DNA of 64,000 nucleotides, from positions 1,536,001 through 1,600,000 of the forward strand of contig CAWETU010000001.1 of NCBI GenBank assembly GCA_963812135.1, in the 5' to 3' direction. The position numbers and the translations under genes are program-made. The DNA comes from Vulcanimicrobiota bacterium (lineage in GTDB: Bacteria; Vulcanimicrobiota; Vulcanimicrobiia; Eremiobacterales; Eremiobacteraceae). The notes under the pieces are model-generated. The model was not told the DNA's origin and did no database searches. It saw only the letters and a list, made by a program, of their open reading frames with translations. Numbering within the stretch: position 1 is the stretch's first letter; every line of letters begins with the position of its first letter. Of the stretch, positions 43,122-55,886 are shown piece after piece.

Positions 43122-45641
43122 CTACGCGCTTAGCGCTTCCTGAACCGCCCGATGTTCGGGCCATGCGGCCCCCTGCTTGCCGAGCTCAGCGACTTCGGCC
43201 TCGCCAAGCTGTTCTCGGAGGGCTGCCCCGAGCCGCTCATAACCCCATGCCTCGGTCATTTCGCGCTGTAGACCGAGCTCGTCGAACTGCTTGTCGACGT
43301 ATCCGACGAGCCTAGCACCGGCGCGTCCGTTGCCGCGCAACGCCGCAAGCAATGCGAGGTGCTGTAAGGCGACTGCAATGTTCCAGGAATTCTGGTCAGC
43401 TTGGGACCACCGAAGCGCCTCTTGGGCCGACTCGCGAGCTTCTTCGAGCTCGCCAAGAGCGATCCGATACGCGGTGCTGTTGTTGAGGTCAATGGCCAGA
43501 TCGGTTTTCTCCTTGCCACGCGCGCGGATCACGAGCGACTCGTTCACAAGCTTGAGCGCCTCGTCGGGATGCCTGTCTGCAAATTCGAGTTCCGCGAAGT
43601 TGCCGAGGATGCTTGCCGTCGTAGCCTCGTCGCCGAGTGCGCGGAACGCGGCGAGCGCTTGAGAATAAAGCTGTCTGCCGTCAGCGAAATTCTGTTGACT
43701 GTATGCGTTCAGAGCTTGGAAGTTCAGACATAACGCAACGCCGACATCATCGCCGAGTTGTCGCAACGCGACGATTGCACGACCGATCACCTCGTTTGCT
43801 TCGTCAAGCCGGCCCATTTGAAGCAGGCTCGATGCCATCGTCCGTAGCGAATGCGCGACACCACGCGCGTCGCCAATCTTCTCGTACAGCCCTAACGCTT
43901 TTTGCACGCAATCATACATAGGTTGTCCCTGCACGAAGCGTGCCCTCGCTCGCCAGAGACGCGCTGCTACGGCGGGCTGTTCTTCTTCAGCAACACGCCC
44001 CAATGCGAGATCAAGCCAGCGCTGAGCTTCGCCAGAAAGGCCTGCGAGGATCCACATCCGCTCCAAATGGCCCGCGATGATACCGCCGAGGACGTCATCG
44101 TGATCTCTTGTCAGTGCCCAGTCAAGAGCCGAGCGATAATTCTCAAGATCCTGCTCGACGTCGGCGAGCCAGACCTTCGTCGAACCGACGCCGAAGCGGT
44201 CGTCTGCGGATCGCGCCAGCTGCGCATAATACTCCACGTGGCGGCGCGTAAAGGTCTCACGCCGATCCCCTTTGTTGAGCTTATCGAGCGCATACGCTCG
44301 AGTCGACTCAAGCAACCGATAACGCTCTTCCGTCTCCGCAGCCTGGGCGACGACGAGCGACTTATCAACGAGGCTGATGAGCAAGTCGGCGATATCCGAT
44401 TGGCTCAACTCGCCACCTGTGCAGATCGCCTCGGCTGCTTGCGTGCTAAACGCACCGGCAAAAACCCCCAACCGCTCGAAGAGCCGTTGCTCGCGCGGCG
44501 AGAGCAGGTCGAAGCTCCAATCGATCAGTGCGCTCAGGGTCTTGTGGCGAGGTAACGCGGTGCGGCTGCCGCCCGTTAGAACGCGGAACCGATCATCCAA
44601 GCTCTGCGCCAGCCTTTGAACGCTGACAACATTGACGCGTGTTGCAGCGAGCTCGATCGCGAGCGGGATACCGTCGACGCGGTGGCAGATGTCCGCAACG
44701 ACAGGCGCATTTTCATGCGTCAGCGTGAACCGCGTATCAGCCGCTAGTGCGCGATCGACGAACAGCGCGATCGCGCCGTAGCGCATCGCTCGGTCGGCTC
44801 GCAGGCCGGCAGTCTCTGCCGGCAGCCCGAGCGAACTCACGCGGTGCACGACCTCACCCATGATGCCCAACGCTTGACGAGACGTTGCCAAGATGCGCAC
44901 TTCGGAGCAGTTGTGCAGAATCTCATCGGCGAGCTCCGCTGCGGTTTCGAGCACATGCTCACAGTTGTCGAAGATGAGCAGAGCGTGCCGTCGCTTGAGC
45001 CAACTGATAATCGCTTCGCTCATGGGGCGTCCCGGCTGCTCGTGGACTCCCATCGAATGCGCCACGACGCTGGGGACGAGCCGCCCGTCGCTGATCGGCG
45101 AGAAGTCGCAAAACCAAACGCCGTCCGGATAGAGGCCGATCAAGTCTAGGCCGACGCGCAATGCAAGACGGGTCTTACCGACGCCACCGGATCCTGAGAA
45201 GGTGAGCAGACGTGTGCTCTCGAGCAAGATCTTCACGTCGATTAGATCTTGCTCGCGACCCACCAATGCCGTCAGCTGATACGGCAAGTTGTTCGGCCGT
45301 GATTCAAGGGGACCCGCTGGGACCGCGGGAGCCGCCGACCCGAGCAAACCGACACGCCCTGCTTCGACGACCGCACGCGTACGCGAGGATACGTCAAGTT
45401 TGCCGAGCACGTGATTGATGTGCGTCTCGACGGTTCGCCGGCCAAGGCCGAGACGCTGTGCTATTTCCTTATTGCTGAGTCCAAAGGCGATGAGCTCGAG
45501 GATCTCTTGCTCGCGACGTGTCAGCACGACTCCCTCGCCTTGAGGCGCGCGCACGGATAGGTCATCGCCCAAACGAGAATCTGCGGCGGCAGTCAGAGAC
45601 CGTGCCACACCGTCATCCCCCGTCGTCTTCGCGTTTCGCAT
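43122..45641 (-). CDS. LuxR-HTH - ATPase (NB-ARC-like) - TPR transcriptional regulator
   Basis: LTRREQEIL..GLSNKEIA..TVETH HTH at N-terminus, GSGGVGKT, FDNCEH, DGIPLAIELAA, TPRs; ATG 45641. Confidence 0.9.
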   Translation of the reverse strand: MRNAKTTGDDGVARSLTAAADSRLGDDLSVRAPQGEGVVLTRREQEILELIAFGLSNKEIAQRLGLGRRTVETHINHVLGKLDVSSRTRAVVEAGRVGLLGSAAPAVPAGPLESRPNNLPYQLTALVGREQDLIDVKILLESTRLLTFSGSGGVGKTRLALRVGLDLIGLYPDGVWFCDFSPISDGRLVPSVVAHSMGVHEQPGRPMSEAIISWLKRRHALLIFDNCEHVLETAAELADEILHNCSEVRILATSRQALGIMGEVVHRVSSLGLPAETAGLRADRAMRYGAIALFVDRALAADTRFTLTHENAPVVADICHRVDGIPLAIELAATRVNVVSVQRLAQSLDDRFRVLTGGSRTALPRHKTLSALIDWSFDLLSPREQRLFERLGVFAGAFSTQAAEAICTGGELSQSDIADLLISLVDKSLVVAQAAETEERYRLLESTRAYALDKLNKGDRRETFTRRHVEYYAQLARSADDRFGVGSTKVWLADVEQDLENYRSALDWALTRDHDDVLGGIIAGHLERMWILAGLSGEAQRWLDLALGRVAEEEQPAVAARLWRARARFVQGQPMYDCVQKALGLYEKIGDARGVAHSLRTMASSLLQMGRLDEANEVIGRAIVALRQLGDDVGVALCLNFQALNAYSQQNFADGRQLYSQALAAFRALGDEATTASILGNFAELEFADRHPDEALKLVNESLVIRARGKEKTDLAIDLNNSTAYRIALGELEEARESAQEALRWSQADQNSWNIAVALQHLALLAALRGNGRAGARLVGYVDKQFDELGLQREMTEAWGYERLGAALREQLGEAEVAELGKQGAAWPEHRAVQEALSA

Positions 45642-45742
45642 CGGACTCAAAAGCCCCGCCCCATGAGAGCTCGGGTGCTTGGCCCGTTGGATATAGCAGC
45701 GAAAAGACCCTTGAGGGCTCAAGACTCGCCACGAAACGCCGT

Positions 45743-45767
45743 ACCGCCGGTCGATGAAACCGGCGGT
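45743..45767. terminator. Hairpin downstream of TonB gene 2
   Basis: ACCGCCGGT-CGATGAA-ACCGGCGGT. Confidence 0.45.
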
Positions 45768-45807
45768 TGGCGCGGTATCCGCTTTGGTTTGCGCCGCAAG
45801 AGAAGCG

Positions 45808-46305
45808 CTACCGTACGGGTCTGCGTAAGCCACCGTTGAGCGACTCTGGCAAAGCCGCGTTAGCGGTTGCGAACGTGATGGTGAAGTAGTAGGATCGCTT
45901 GAACGAATTGCAGTTACGCACTTCGGGTGCATACTTGGAACCTTTGGCTGCGGTCAACGCCTGCTCGTCGAGGAACACGTTTCCGGACGACTTCGCGATC
46001 CGTGACGCGAGCACGTTGCCGACTGAATCCAGGTCGACCATGACTTGCGTCGTGGAGCCGCCTGTCTGGGCGGCGATCAGGTTGAGCCACTGCGCCGGGT
46101 ACGGACTCGTGATGGCTGCGTTGGAGTCAGGATCCGGGCATGAACCAAGGTTCGGGATCGTGACGTCGGCGGCCATAGCCACCGGCGAGAGGTTGCTGTA
46201 GATCACGCGGGTATCAGCGTTCGCTTGGAATTGGACAGTGAAGCCGATCAGCGCCGCTGCCAGAACACCGAGCACCGCCGGGGCGATCCGTGCGCGGTTA
46301 TACAT
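45808..46305 (-). CDS. Exported TonB C-terminal domain protein (paralog 2)
   Basis: RBS AGGAG; VMVDLDSVGN..KSSGNVFLDEQALTAAKGSKYAPEVRNC; clear paralog of 40051..40530. Confidence 0.8.
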   Translation of the reverse strand: MYNRARIAPAVLGVLAAALIGFTVQFQANADTRVIYSNLSPVAMAADVTIPNLGSCPDPDSNAAITSPYPAQWLNLIAAQTGGSTTQVMVDLDSVGNVLASRIAKSSGNVFLDEQALTAAKGSKYAPEVRNCNSFKRSYYFTITFATANAALPESLNGGLRRPVR

Positions 46306-46323
46306 GATAGTCTCCTTAGAGCC

Positions 46324-46397
46324 ATGGTGCCGAAGCGACGGCTTTCATCGTTTCGGAGAGATCGTCAAGCGGCTGGTTTAGGGCGGCATCGACCTCT
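46324..46397 (-). ncRNA. Candidate structured 5' leader RNA, copy 2
   Basis: Same conserved blocks and helices as copy 1. Confidence 0.6.
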
Positions 46398-46403
46398 GGC
46401 TCT

Positions 46404-46471
46404 ACGGTATCAGGTCGCTGGGTCTAGCCGCGTCCGCATAACTACTGGGTGCGCATCCAGAAAATTACGTA
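46404..46471 (-). promoter_or_regulatory. Direct-repeat operator(s) plus -10 (TonB2 promoter)
   Basis: Sense TACGTA-attt-TCTGGA ... CCAGTA-gtta-TGCGGA, 23 nt, TACCGT preceded by TG. Confidence 0.55.
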
Positions 46472-46627
46472 GACGCACCTAGGCCCGTGCGAAGATGGCG
46501 AGTGCGCTCTAACACTCGCTGGCGGTGGGCGCTCCTACGGGCAGTGGCAGGAGCATGAGCTGGCAGACGTCGACGACCTCGGGACCGGTGCCGCGAGTGC
46601 CGGCCAATAGAAGCACGCGAGCAACAA

Positions 46628-46657
46628 AACGCCGCGGCCAGTGACGTGCGCGGCGTT
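46628..46657 (-). terminator. Rho-independent terminator after clpX
   Basis: AACGCCGCG...CGCGGCGTT followed by TTGTT on the minus strand. Confidence 0.6.
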
Positions 46658-46684
46658 GCATGACATTTGAACGCGTCGAGAGGG

Positions 46685-47947
<1,263 letters not shown>

Positions 47948-47958
47948 CCACTGCCTTT

Positions 47959-47982
47959 CCCGAGCTTCGCTCGGGCGCTACA
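47959..47982. repeat. GTAG-type REP-like hairpin between clpP and clpX
   Basis: CCCGAGC-TTC-GCTCGGG-CGCTACA; 21 of 24 nt match 20463-20486. Confidence 0.65.
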
Positions 47983-47997
47983 GGCCCGGGCATTGTC

Positions 47998-48621
47998 TCA
48001 CGCCGCTGATGGTTTCGGCGCGCTCGCCGCTCGGGTTTCCTTATTCATCACCGAGTCGACGATCCCGTAGGCGACGGCTTCCTCGGCCGTCATGATGTAA
48101 TCCCGCTCCAAATCCCGTTCGATTCGTTCCAGGGATTGTCCCGTTGTCTCCACATAGATATCGGCCAAAACGCGACGGCTCTTAATGAGGTCGCGCGCGT
48201 GGATCTCTAGGTCGGTCGCCTGTCCGCCCATCTGTGATACCCATGGCTGGTGGATGATGACCTTGGAATACGGAAGGCAGAAACGGTTGCCTTTCGCACC
48301 GCCGGTCAGCAGGATGGATGCCGCGCTGGCGGCCATGCCCGCGCAAAACGTCGCGACCGCCGGCTTGATGAGACGCATCGTATCGTAGATCGCCAGCCCT
48401 GCGGTGAGGCTGCCGCCCGGCGAGTTGATGTACATCTCGATGTCTTTGTCCGCGTCTTCGCGCTCCAAGAACAGCAGCTGCGCGATGACGAGGTTGGCCA
48501 TGTTGTCGTCGATGCCGCCCGTCACGAAGATGATGCGGTCTTTGAGCAGGCGAGAAAAGATGTCGAAGGCGCGTTCGCCGCGCGACGTCTGCTCGACCAC
48601 CATCGGCACTAAGTGTCCCAT
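47998..48621 (-). CDS. clpP: Clp protease proteolytic subunit
   Basis: YINSPGG, GMAASAA, IHQP. Confidence 0.97.
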   Translation of the reverse strand: MGHLVPMVVEQTSRGERAFDIFSRLLKDRIIFVTGGIDDNMANLVIAQLLFLEREDADKDIEMYINSPGGSLTAGLAIYDTMRLIKPAVATFCAGMAASAASILLTGGAKGNRFCLPYSKVIIHQPWVSQMGGQATDLEIHARDLIKSRRVLADIYVETTGQSLERIERDLERDYIMTAEEAVAYGIVDSVMNKETRAASAPKPSAA

Positions 48622-48645
48622 ACGATACTTCTATCCTTTTCTGGT

Positions 48646-49974
48646 TTATGCTACGACCGGCGGCGGAGGTTCTGCAGCAGGGGCTTCGACGACCTTCGCC
48701 TTTTCGACTAGGAATGCCAAAGTCTTGTTACGCCGGATCGCGCTCACGAAGCGATTCATGTTGTCGGATGTGCGCAGCGCTTCTAAAGTGGCGCGTCCGG
48801 TCGAGCCCTGCGCGCGTGCGAGACGCTCGACTTCGCGCTCGACGTCCTGCTCGCTCACGCGGATATGCTCTGCCTTCGCGATCTCCTCGACGATCAATCC
48901 AGCCTTCACGCGGCGCTGCGCGTCGGGGCCGATCTGCGCCTTGACGTCGTCTTCCGATTGTTTGCGGCCCTGCAAGTAGTCATCCCAGGTGAGTCCGGAT
49001 CGCTCCACCGACTCTCTGATTTCGGCGAGCAGGTTGTGCGTCTCGCGTTCGACCAGCACCTCTGGGAGCGGGAATTCGTGCGACGCCGCGAGCGTGCGCA
49101 GCAGCTCGCCTTCAATCGCGTCGCGCGCGCGCGCCTGCGCCATGCGCTCGAGGCGCCGGCGCACTTCGTTGCGCAGCGCGTCGAGCGTCTCCAGATCGGA
49201 CACGCTCTTGGCGAATTCGTCATCGAGCGCGGGTAGCACCGCCATTTTTACGTCGCGCACCGATACGTCGAACACGGCGGTCTTGCCGGCGAGGGTCTCG
49301 GGGCGATATGTCGCGGGGAACGTCACCGTCACGGTGCGCTGCTCGCCGGGCTTTGCGCCATACAGTTGCTCGGCGAAGCCGGGGACGAATCGCTCCGGCG
49401 TGATCTCGGTCGTGTGATCGGTCGCCGAACCGCCTTCGAAGGCTTCGCCGTCGATCCGCCCGATGTAATCCAACGTGACGACGTCGCCTGCTTGGATGCC
49501 GCGATCGCCGGCCGGTTCCAACGTCGCGATGCGCCGGCGCAGCGAGTCGATGCTTTCGTCCACTTCGCGATCGCTCACATCGGTCGGCGGCGAGTTCACC
49601 TCGAGGCCGGTGTACGATCCCAATGTGATCTCGGGCCGCACCGCGACGGTGGCAGTGATCTTCAGCGCGCGGCCGTCCTCGATGCGCTCGAGGTCGATCT
49701 TCGGGCTATCCACGGGATCGAGATCGTGTTCTTCGAGCGCCTTGGCGTACACGTCGGGCACGACGTCTTCGATGGCTTCGTGGTCGATATGCTCCGCGCC
49801 GACGTGTTGCTCGATGATGCGTTTCGGGATATGGCCGGGGCGAAAGCCGGGGATGCGCAGCGAATTCGACAGCCGTTTGAGCGCGCGCTCGCGAGCCTTG
49901 TCGAGGTCGCCGGCAGGCACTTCGATGTCGAGCTGGACCTGCGTAGGGGCGAGCTTGCGAAGGGTGGTGGTCAA
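48646..49974 (-). CDS. tig: Trigger factor
   Basis: IPGFRPGHIP signature, FKBP domain; likely TTG start 49974. Confidence 0.93.
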   Translation of the reverse strand: MTTTLRKLAPTQVQLDIEVPAGDLDKARERALKRLSNSLRIPGFRPGHIPKRIIEQHVGAEHIDHEAIEDVVPDVYAKALEEHDLDPVDSPKIDLERIEDGRALKITATVAVRPEITLGSYTGLEVNSPPTDVSDREVDESIDSLRRRIATLEPAGDRGIQAGDVVTLDYIGRIDGEAFEGGSATDHTTEITPERFVPGFAEQLYGAKPGEQRTVTVTFPATYRPETLAGKTAVFDVSVRDVKMAVLPALDDEFAKSVSDLETLDALRNEVRRRLERMAQARARDAIEGELLRTLAASHEFPLPEVLVERETHNLLAEIRESVERSGLTWDDYLQGRKQSEDDVKAQIGPDAQRRVKAGLIVEEIAKAEHIRVSEQDVEREVERLARAQGSTGRATLEALRTSDNMNRFVSAIRRNKTLAFLVEKAKVVEAPAAEPPPPVVA

Positions 49975-50010
49975 ACCTGTGGCTTTCTGGGCGTGGAGTG
50001 CATCGGACAG

Positions 50011-50085
50011 TGGAGCGGAAGACGAGATTCGAACTCGCGACCCTCGCCTTGGCAAGGCGATGCTCTACCGCTGAGCTACTTCCGC
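50011..50085 (-). tRNA. tRNA-Gly(GCC)
   Basis: Cloverleaf, anticodon loop TT-GCC-AA, encoded CCA. Confidence 0.95.
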
Positions 50086-50185
50086 GTGCGAAGGGCGGTT
50101 ACTTAAGCGCGCCGCCTGTTTTCCCTTGCAGGAGACGGCGCGCGCACCGCATGGATTTGCGACTTCGCGCGAGAAATGCAGTCGC

Positions 50186-50320
50186 ATGCTGCACGATTCA
50201 GGTCTCGTCGTCATCTGTCTCGTGGCCGGTGGGGCGATATACCTTGCGATCTTCTTCTGGGTCACGGTGCGGCGCGTCCGCGAGCTCGGGCCGCCGACCC
50301 CACCGCCGGAACATCACTAG
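50186..50320 (+). CDS. Small single-pass membrane protein (44 aa)
   Basis: ATG 50186, one TM helix, Pro-rich tail, hairpin right after the stop. Confidence 0.5.
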   Translation: MLHDSGLVVICLVAGGAIYLAIFFWVTVRRVRELGPPTPPPEHH

Positions 50321-50321
50321 G

Positions 50322-50351
50322 AAAAGGCGGACCCCTTTAGGAGGTCCGCCT
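50322..50351 (-). terminator. Terminator after acs (possibly bidirectional)
   Basis: AGGCGGACC...GGTCCGCCT stem with T tract on the minus strand. Confidence 0.65.
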
Positions 50352-50382
50352 CACGCGTGGCCCCGCCGTGTGAAGGCCTGCG

Positions 50383-52360
<1,978 letters not shown>

Positions 52361-52668
52361 GGGAGCCTCCATTGGCTGATCGAAGCCGGCATCTGAGCCG
52401 GCTCGCATGGGTGCGCGCAGATAGGACATGCCGCGCGTCGCGGGGGACAGGTGAGTTAGCTGCCGTCAGGGGGTATCCTCTCGCGGCGCCCGTTACGTCG
52501 AACGGGGGCCGCCGCGTCGAGGCTTTGGGCGCGCGTTTCGAGGTCAAGAGGTGGCGGCCACGACGAGGCTCAACTGCTTGGGCGACAAGCGGCGGCGCGT
52601 CGTTCCTGCGACACGCGGCGTTTGCCGTTTTTGGATTTCTTACGTGGCGTTCGACTGGAGGTTGATTG

Positions 52669-53211
52669 ATGGCTAGCACCACCACTGAGCCGCAAGTAGC
52701 CAATCCCGCTCCATTGGGGCTTGCCGGGTTCGCGCTCACGACGCTCTTATTGTCGGCATCAAATGCAGGGCTGCTCAAAGGCTCCGATGTCTGGCTCGCC
52801 TACGCGCTCTTCTACGGAGGTATCGCTCAATTCGCTGCCGGGATGTGGGAGTTCAAGGCCAAGAACACATTTGGCGCGACGGCGTTCTCGACGTATGGAG
52901 CGTTCTGGTTAGGCACGGCGTTTTACGTCTGGTTCTGGGCAGGGAAATCGACCGACCTGCACGCTGACCTCGCCTGGATGCTCCTCGGCTTTGCGATCTT
53001 CACCGGGTACATGATGCTCAACTCGTTCAACCTGAAAAACCCGCCGGTGATGTGGGTCTTCGTGGCCCTGTTCATCACGTTTGTGTTGCTCTGCGCCGGC
53101 GAGTTCACGGGCATGGCGACACTGCACACGCTGGGAGGTTACGTCGGTATTCTCACAGCGCTGCTCGCATGGTACGCATCGTATAAAGGCGTGGCGAACA
53201 GTTTGGCCTGA
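52669..53211 (+). CDS. satP: Acetate uptake transporter, SatP/GPR1/FUN34 family
   Basis: ANPAPLGLAGF, NTFGATAFSTYGAFW; divergent from acs. Confidence 0.9.
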   Translation: MASTTTEPQVANPAPLGLAGFALTTLLLSASNAGLLKGSDVWLAYALFYGGIAQFAAGMWEFKAKNTFGATAFSTYGAFWLGTAFYVWFWAGKSTDLHADLAWMLLGFAIFTGYMMLNSFNLKNPPVMWVFVALFITFVLLCAGEFTGMATLHTLGGYVGILTALLAWYASYKGVANSLA

Positions 53212-53230
53212 GCTCGGATCGTAAACGTTG

Positions 53231-53262
53231 CGGCGACGGTGGTTACCGTCGCCGTTTTTTTT
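53231..53262 (+). terminator. Rho-independent terminator after satP
   Basis: CGGCGACGGT-GGTT-ACCGTCGCCG plus T8. Confidence 0.85.
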
Positions 53263-53263
53263 A

Positions 53264-53345
53264 TGGGCAAGACAGGACTCGAACCTGCACGGGTCGCCCC
53301 ACCGGAACCTAAATCCGGCGCGTATACCAGTTCCGCCACTTGCCC
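53264..53345 (-). tRNA. tRNA-Leu(TAG)
   Basis: Cloverleaf with long variable arm, loop TT-TAG-GT; CCA not encoded. Confidence 0.93.
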
Positions 53346-53446
53346 ACTACGCGATCGCGCGTTTCGGCGCGAGCGGCCGCCTTTCTTGTGAGCGGCCGCC
53401 CGCGTCATGACGCGAGACTGAAGGCGGAGGTATCAGGCCCTTTGCG

Positions 53447-54409
53447 CTACGGCGATCCGACGGCGACGCCGCCCGCGCTGATACCCGCCGGAAAACCGGA
53501 CAGCGTCAGCACGAAGCTCGGCGCGAGGGTCGCGCTGAACGCGCTGGTCGCGAGCGGGAAGAAACTGAGCGTGTTGTGCTGCAGGTCCGTGACGAAGAGA
53601 TTACCTCTGTTGTCAAACGCGAGATCTTGCGCGCTGGTGATCGTTGTCGCCGTGTCCGAGATGCTCACGGCGCCGCCGCCGGCAGTCGGCGCGTTGAAGC
53701 GCCGAATGCTGCCGTCGTTGAAGTTGGTGACGTACAGATTGCCGACAGCATCGAACGCGAGCTGTGTGGGATTATTGAGGCCCGTCAGCGGGCTGGCGGT
53801 GGGCGATTGGCCCGTCGTAAACGGCGGGTTGAAAATCGAAACGGTGTTGTTGTTCGCGCCACCGCTAGAGGTCACATACAGGTTGCCCGCGGCATCGAAT
53901 GCGATCCCGTCCGGCGCAGTCACGCTGCTGATTGTCACCGCTGGGGTTGGCGTTATGGAGCCTGAGAACGGCGGTGTGAATTCAAGGACCTTGCCGGTGC
54001 CGTTGTCCGCCACCCACATGTTACCTGAATGGTCGAAAGCGAGGCCGTTGGGGAACGACGAGCCGGTGATGGTGATGGTGGCGAACGGCGTGCTCGCGCT
54101 GGTGATCGGCGGGGCATAGCCAGTCACTTGACCCGTCGTCGACACGTCGTTGAGCGACCACAGATTACCGGCTGCATCAAAGCGCAGGGCCACCGAAGAT
54201 TGGAGTCCGGTCGGCGTAAGAATCGCAGCGACGGAGCTGGCGCTGGCAGGCGACATCACTTTGCCGATCACGCCCGGCGAGTTGAAACTCGATACATAAA
54301 CGGCTTGCGGTGGCGGCGTCGGCGTTGGGCTGCTCGAGCTTGAAGAACAGCCGTACGAAACGGAGGCGATGAGCGCAAGTGCGGCGAGTATCCTAGAAGA
54401 GCCCCTCAT
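53447..54409 (-). CDS. NHL-like beta-propeller lipoprotein
   Basis: Lipobox SYGC, repeated AFDxxGNL(W/Y)V blades; ATG 54409. Confidence 0.8.
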   Translation of the reverse strand: MRGSSRILAALALIASVSYGCSSSSSSPTPTPPPQAVYVSSFNSPGVIGKVMSPASASSVAAILTPTGLQSSVALRFDAAGNLWSLNDVSTTGQVTGYAPPITSASTPFATITITGSSFPNGLAFDHSGNMWVADNGTGKVLEFTPPFSGSITPTPAVTISSVTAPDGIAFDAAGNLYVTSSGGANNNTVSIFNPPFTTGQSPTASPLTGLNNPTQLAFDAVGNLYVTNFNDGSIRRFNAPTAGGGAVSISDTATTITSAQDLAFDNRGNLFVTDLQHNTLSFFPLATSAFSATLAPSFVLTLSGFPAGISAGGVAVGSP

Positions 54410-54485
54410 GGCGTATTGTTCCTTTCGTGTGACGGGTTGAGGGCGGATCACTAGTTTCTTTATCGGCAAGACTCGCCAAGCACCG

Positions 54486-55877
54486 CTAAATGAGGCGCTC
54501 GTGCCGCTTGCGTTTCCAGACCAGCGTGTAGTACGTGTACTGCAGCAGCACGGCGGTGGTGAAGGCGGCAGGATAGCCCCACCAGATCCCGTCGATCCCG
54601 ATGCGATGCGAGAGCACGTAGGCGACCGGGACTTCCACGCCCCAGATGGCGGCGATGCCGATGACGGTCGGCCAAAAGACGGTGCCGCTGGCGCGCATGA
54701 TGCCCGACAAGATGGCGGAGTTGCCGAACAGCAAGTAGCTCCACAAGGTGATCGAGAGCAGGCGGACCGCGATCTCGAGCGTGCCGGGGTCGGTCAGGAA
54801 CCAGCCGGCGATGTCGCGCTTGAAGATGTAACAAAGCGAGATGAGCACGCCGCCTACGACGTAGTTGAGGAGAACGCCGGATCGGACGACTTTGCGCAGC
54901 AGGTCTTCTCGGTTCGCGCCGATGGCTTGGGCGCCGAAGATCGAGGCGGTGATGCCGATGCTCACGGCGGGGAATTGCACGTAGCTCGCGATCTGGTTCA
55001 CTGCGCCGTACGCGGCGGTGGCGTGCGAGCCGAAGCGGTTGACGAACGAGATGACGGCTAGCTCGGAGAGCGAGACCATGATGAGCTGGATGCCGGTCGG
55101 CACGCCGATGCGGATGATCTGTTTGAGGATCGGCCAGTCGAGTTTGAGATCCTGGACCGTCTCCGAGTCGAGCGCCAGCGGGTGGTGGATGACGCGCAGG
55201 TAGACGAGCATCGCGATGAGCGAGACCGCGTTCGCGAGGAGCGCGCCGGCGGAGGCGCTGACGACGCCGAGGTGCGGCAGACCGAACCAGCCGAGGATGA
55301 AGGCCGGGACGGTAAGGACGCTGAGCAGCGTCGCGAGCAGTAGGAAGACGAACGGCGTCGTGCTGTCGGCGGTACCGCGCATGAACGACAGATACGTGAA
55401 GAACACGAAGAGCATAGGCAGCGCGAAAAACCAGAGACGCGCGTAGGCGACGGAGTCGGCGAGGATGTTCGCCGGTGTGCCGAGCAGCAGCAGGGCTTCT
55501 TTCGTGAAGAGCGCGCCCAGGACGCCGGCCAGGCAGCCGAGCACGAATGTGAAGGTGACGCTCGTGCCGACGACTTTCTTGAGTTTGTGATCGTCGCGCG
55601 CGCCGTAGGCTTGGCCGACGAGGACGGTGCTGCCGCTTGAGAGTCCGATCAAGAACGAGACGAGCAGGAAGAGGACGGGGAAGAACGCCGAGATCGCGGC
55701 GAGTCCGTTGACGCCGATGAGGCGGCCGATGAAGACGCTGCTGATCGTGCCGGACGCCGATTGCAAGATGTTGCTGAGCACAAGCGGCACGAGAAAAAAG
55801 CCCATGACTTGCCATAATGGGCGTGATTCGTCGAAGATGCCGCGCGCGGGCGCGGCCGCTTTGGGGGGCTGCTCCAT
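54486..55877 (-). CDS. MATE family efflux transporter
   Basis: Multi-TM; VGQAYGA, QAIGA, GIWWGYP. Confidence 0.9.
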   Translation of the reverse strand: MEQPPKAAAPARGIFDESRPLWQVMGFFLVPLVLSNILQSASGTISSVFIGRLIGVNGLAAISAFFPVLFLLVSFLIGLSSGSTVLVGQAYGARDDHKLKKVVGTSVTFTFVLGCLAGVLGALFTKEALLLLGTPANILADSVAYARLWFFALPMLFVFFTYLSFMRGTADSTTPFVFLLLATLLSVLTVPAFILGWFGLPHLGVVSASAGALLANAVSLIAMLVYLRVIHHPLALDSETVQDLKLDWPILKQIIRIGVPTGIQLIMVSLSELAVISFVNRFGSHATAAYGAVNQIASYVQFPAVSIGITASIFGAQAIGANREDLLRKVVRSGVLLNYVVGGVLISLCYIFKRDIAGWFLTDPGTLEIAVRLLSITLWSYLLFGNSAILSGIMRASGTVFWPTVIGIAAIWGVEVPVAYVLSHRIGIDGIWWGYPAAFTTAVLLQYTYYTLVWKRKRHERLI

Positions 55878-55886
55878 TTTGTGTGG

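Noticed and set aside
46316..46405. Outer stem TAGAGCCA/TGGCTCTA closing the TonB2 leader
   Set aside because: Its 5' arm lies upstream of the predicted +1, next to the -10, and it is not conserved in copy 1
46490..46645. Small RNA or 29-aa ORF between the TonB2 promoter and the clpX terminator
   Set aside because: Two short hairpins and an ORF from 46555 exist, but there is no second copy or recognisable motif to support them
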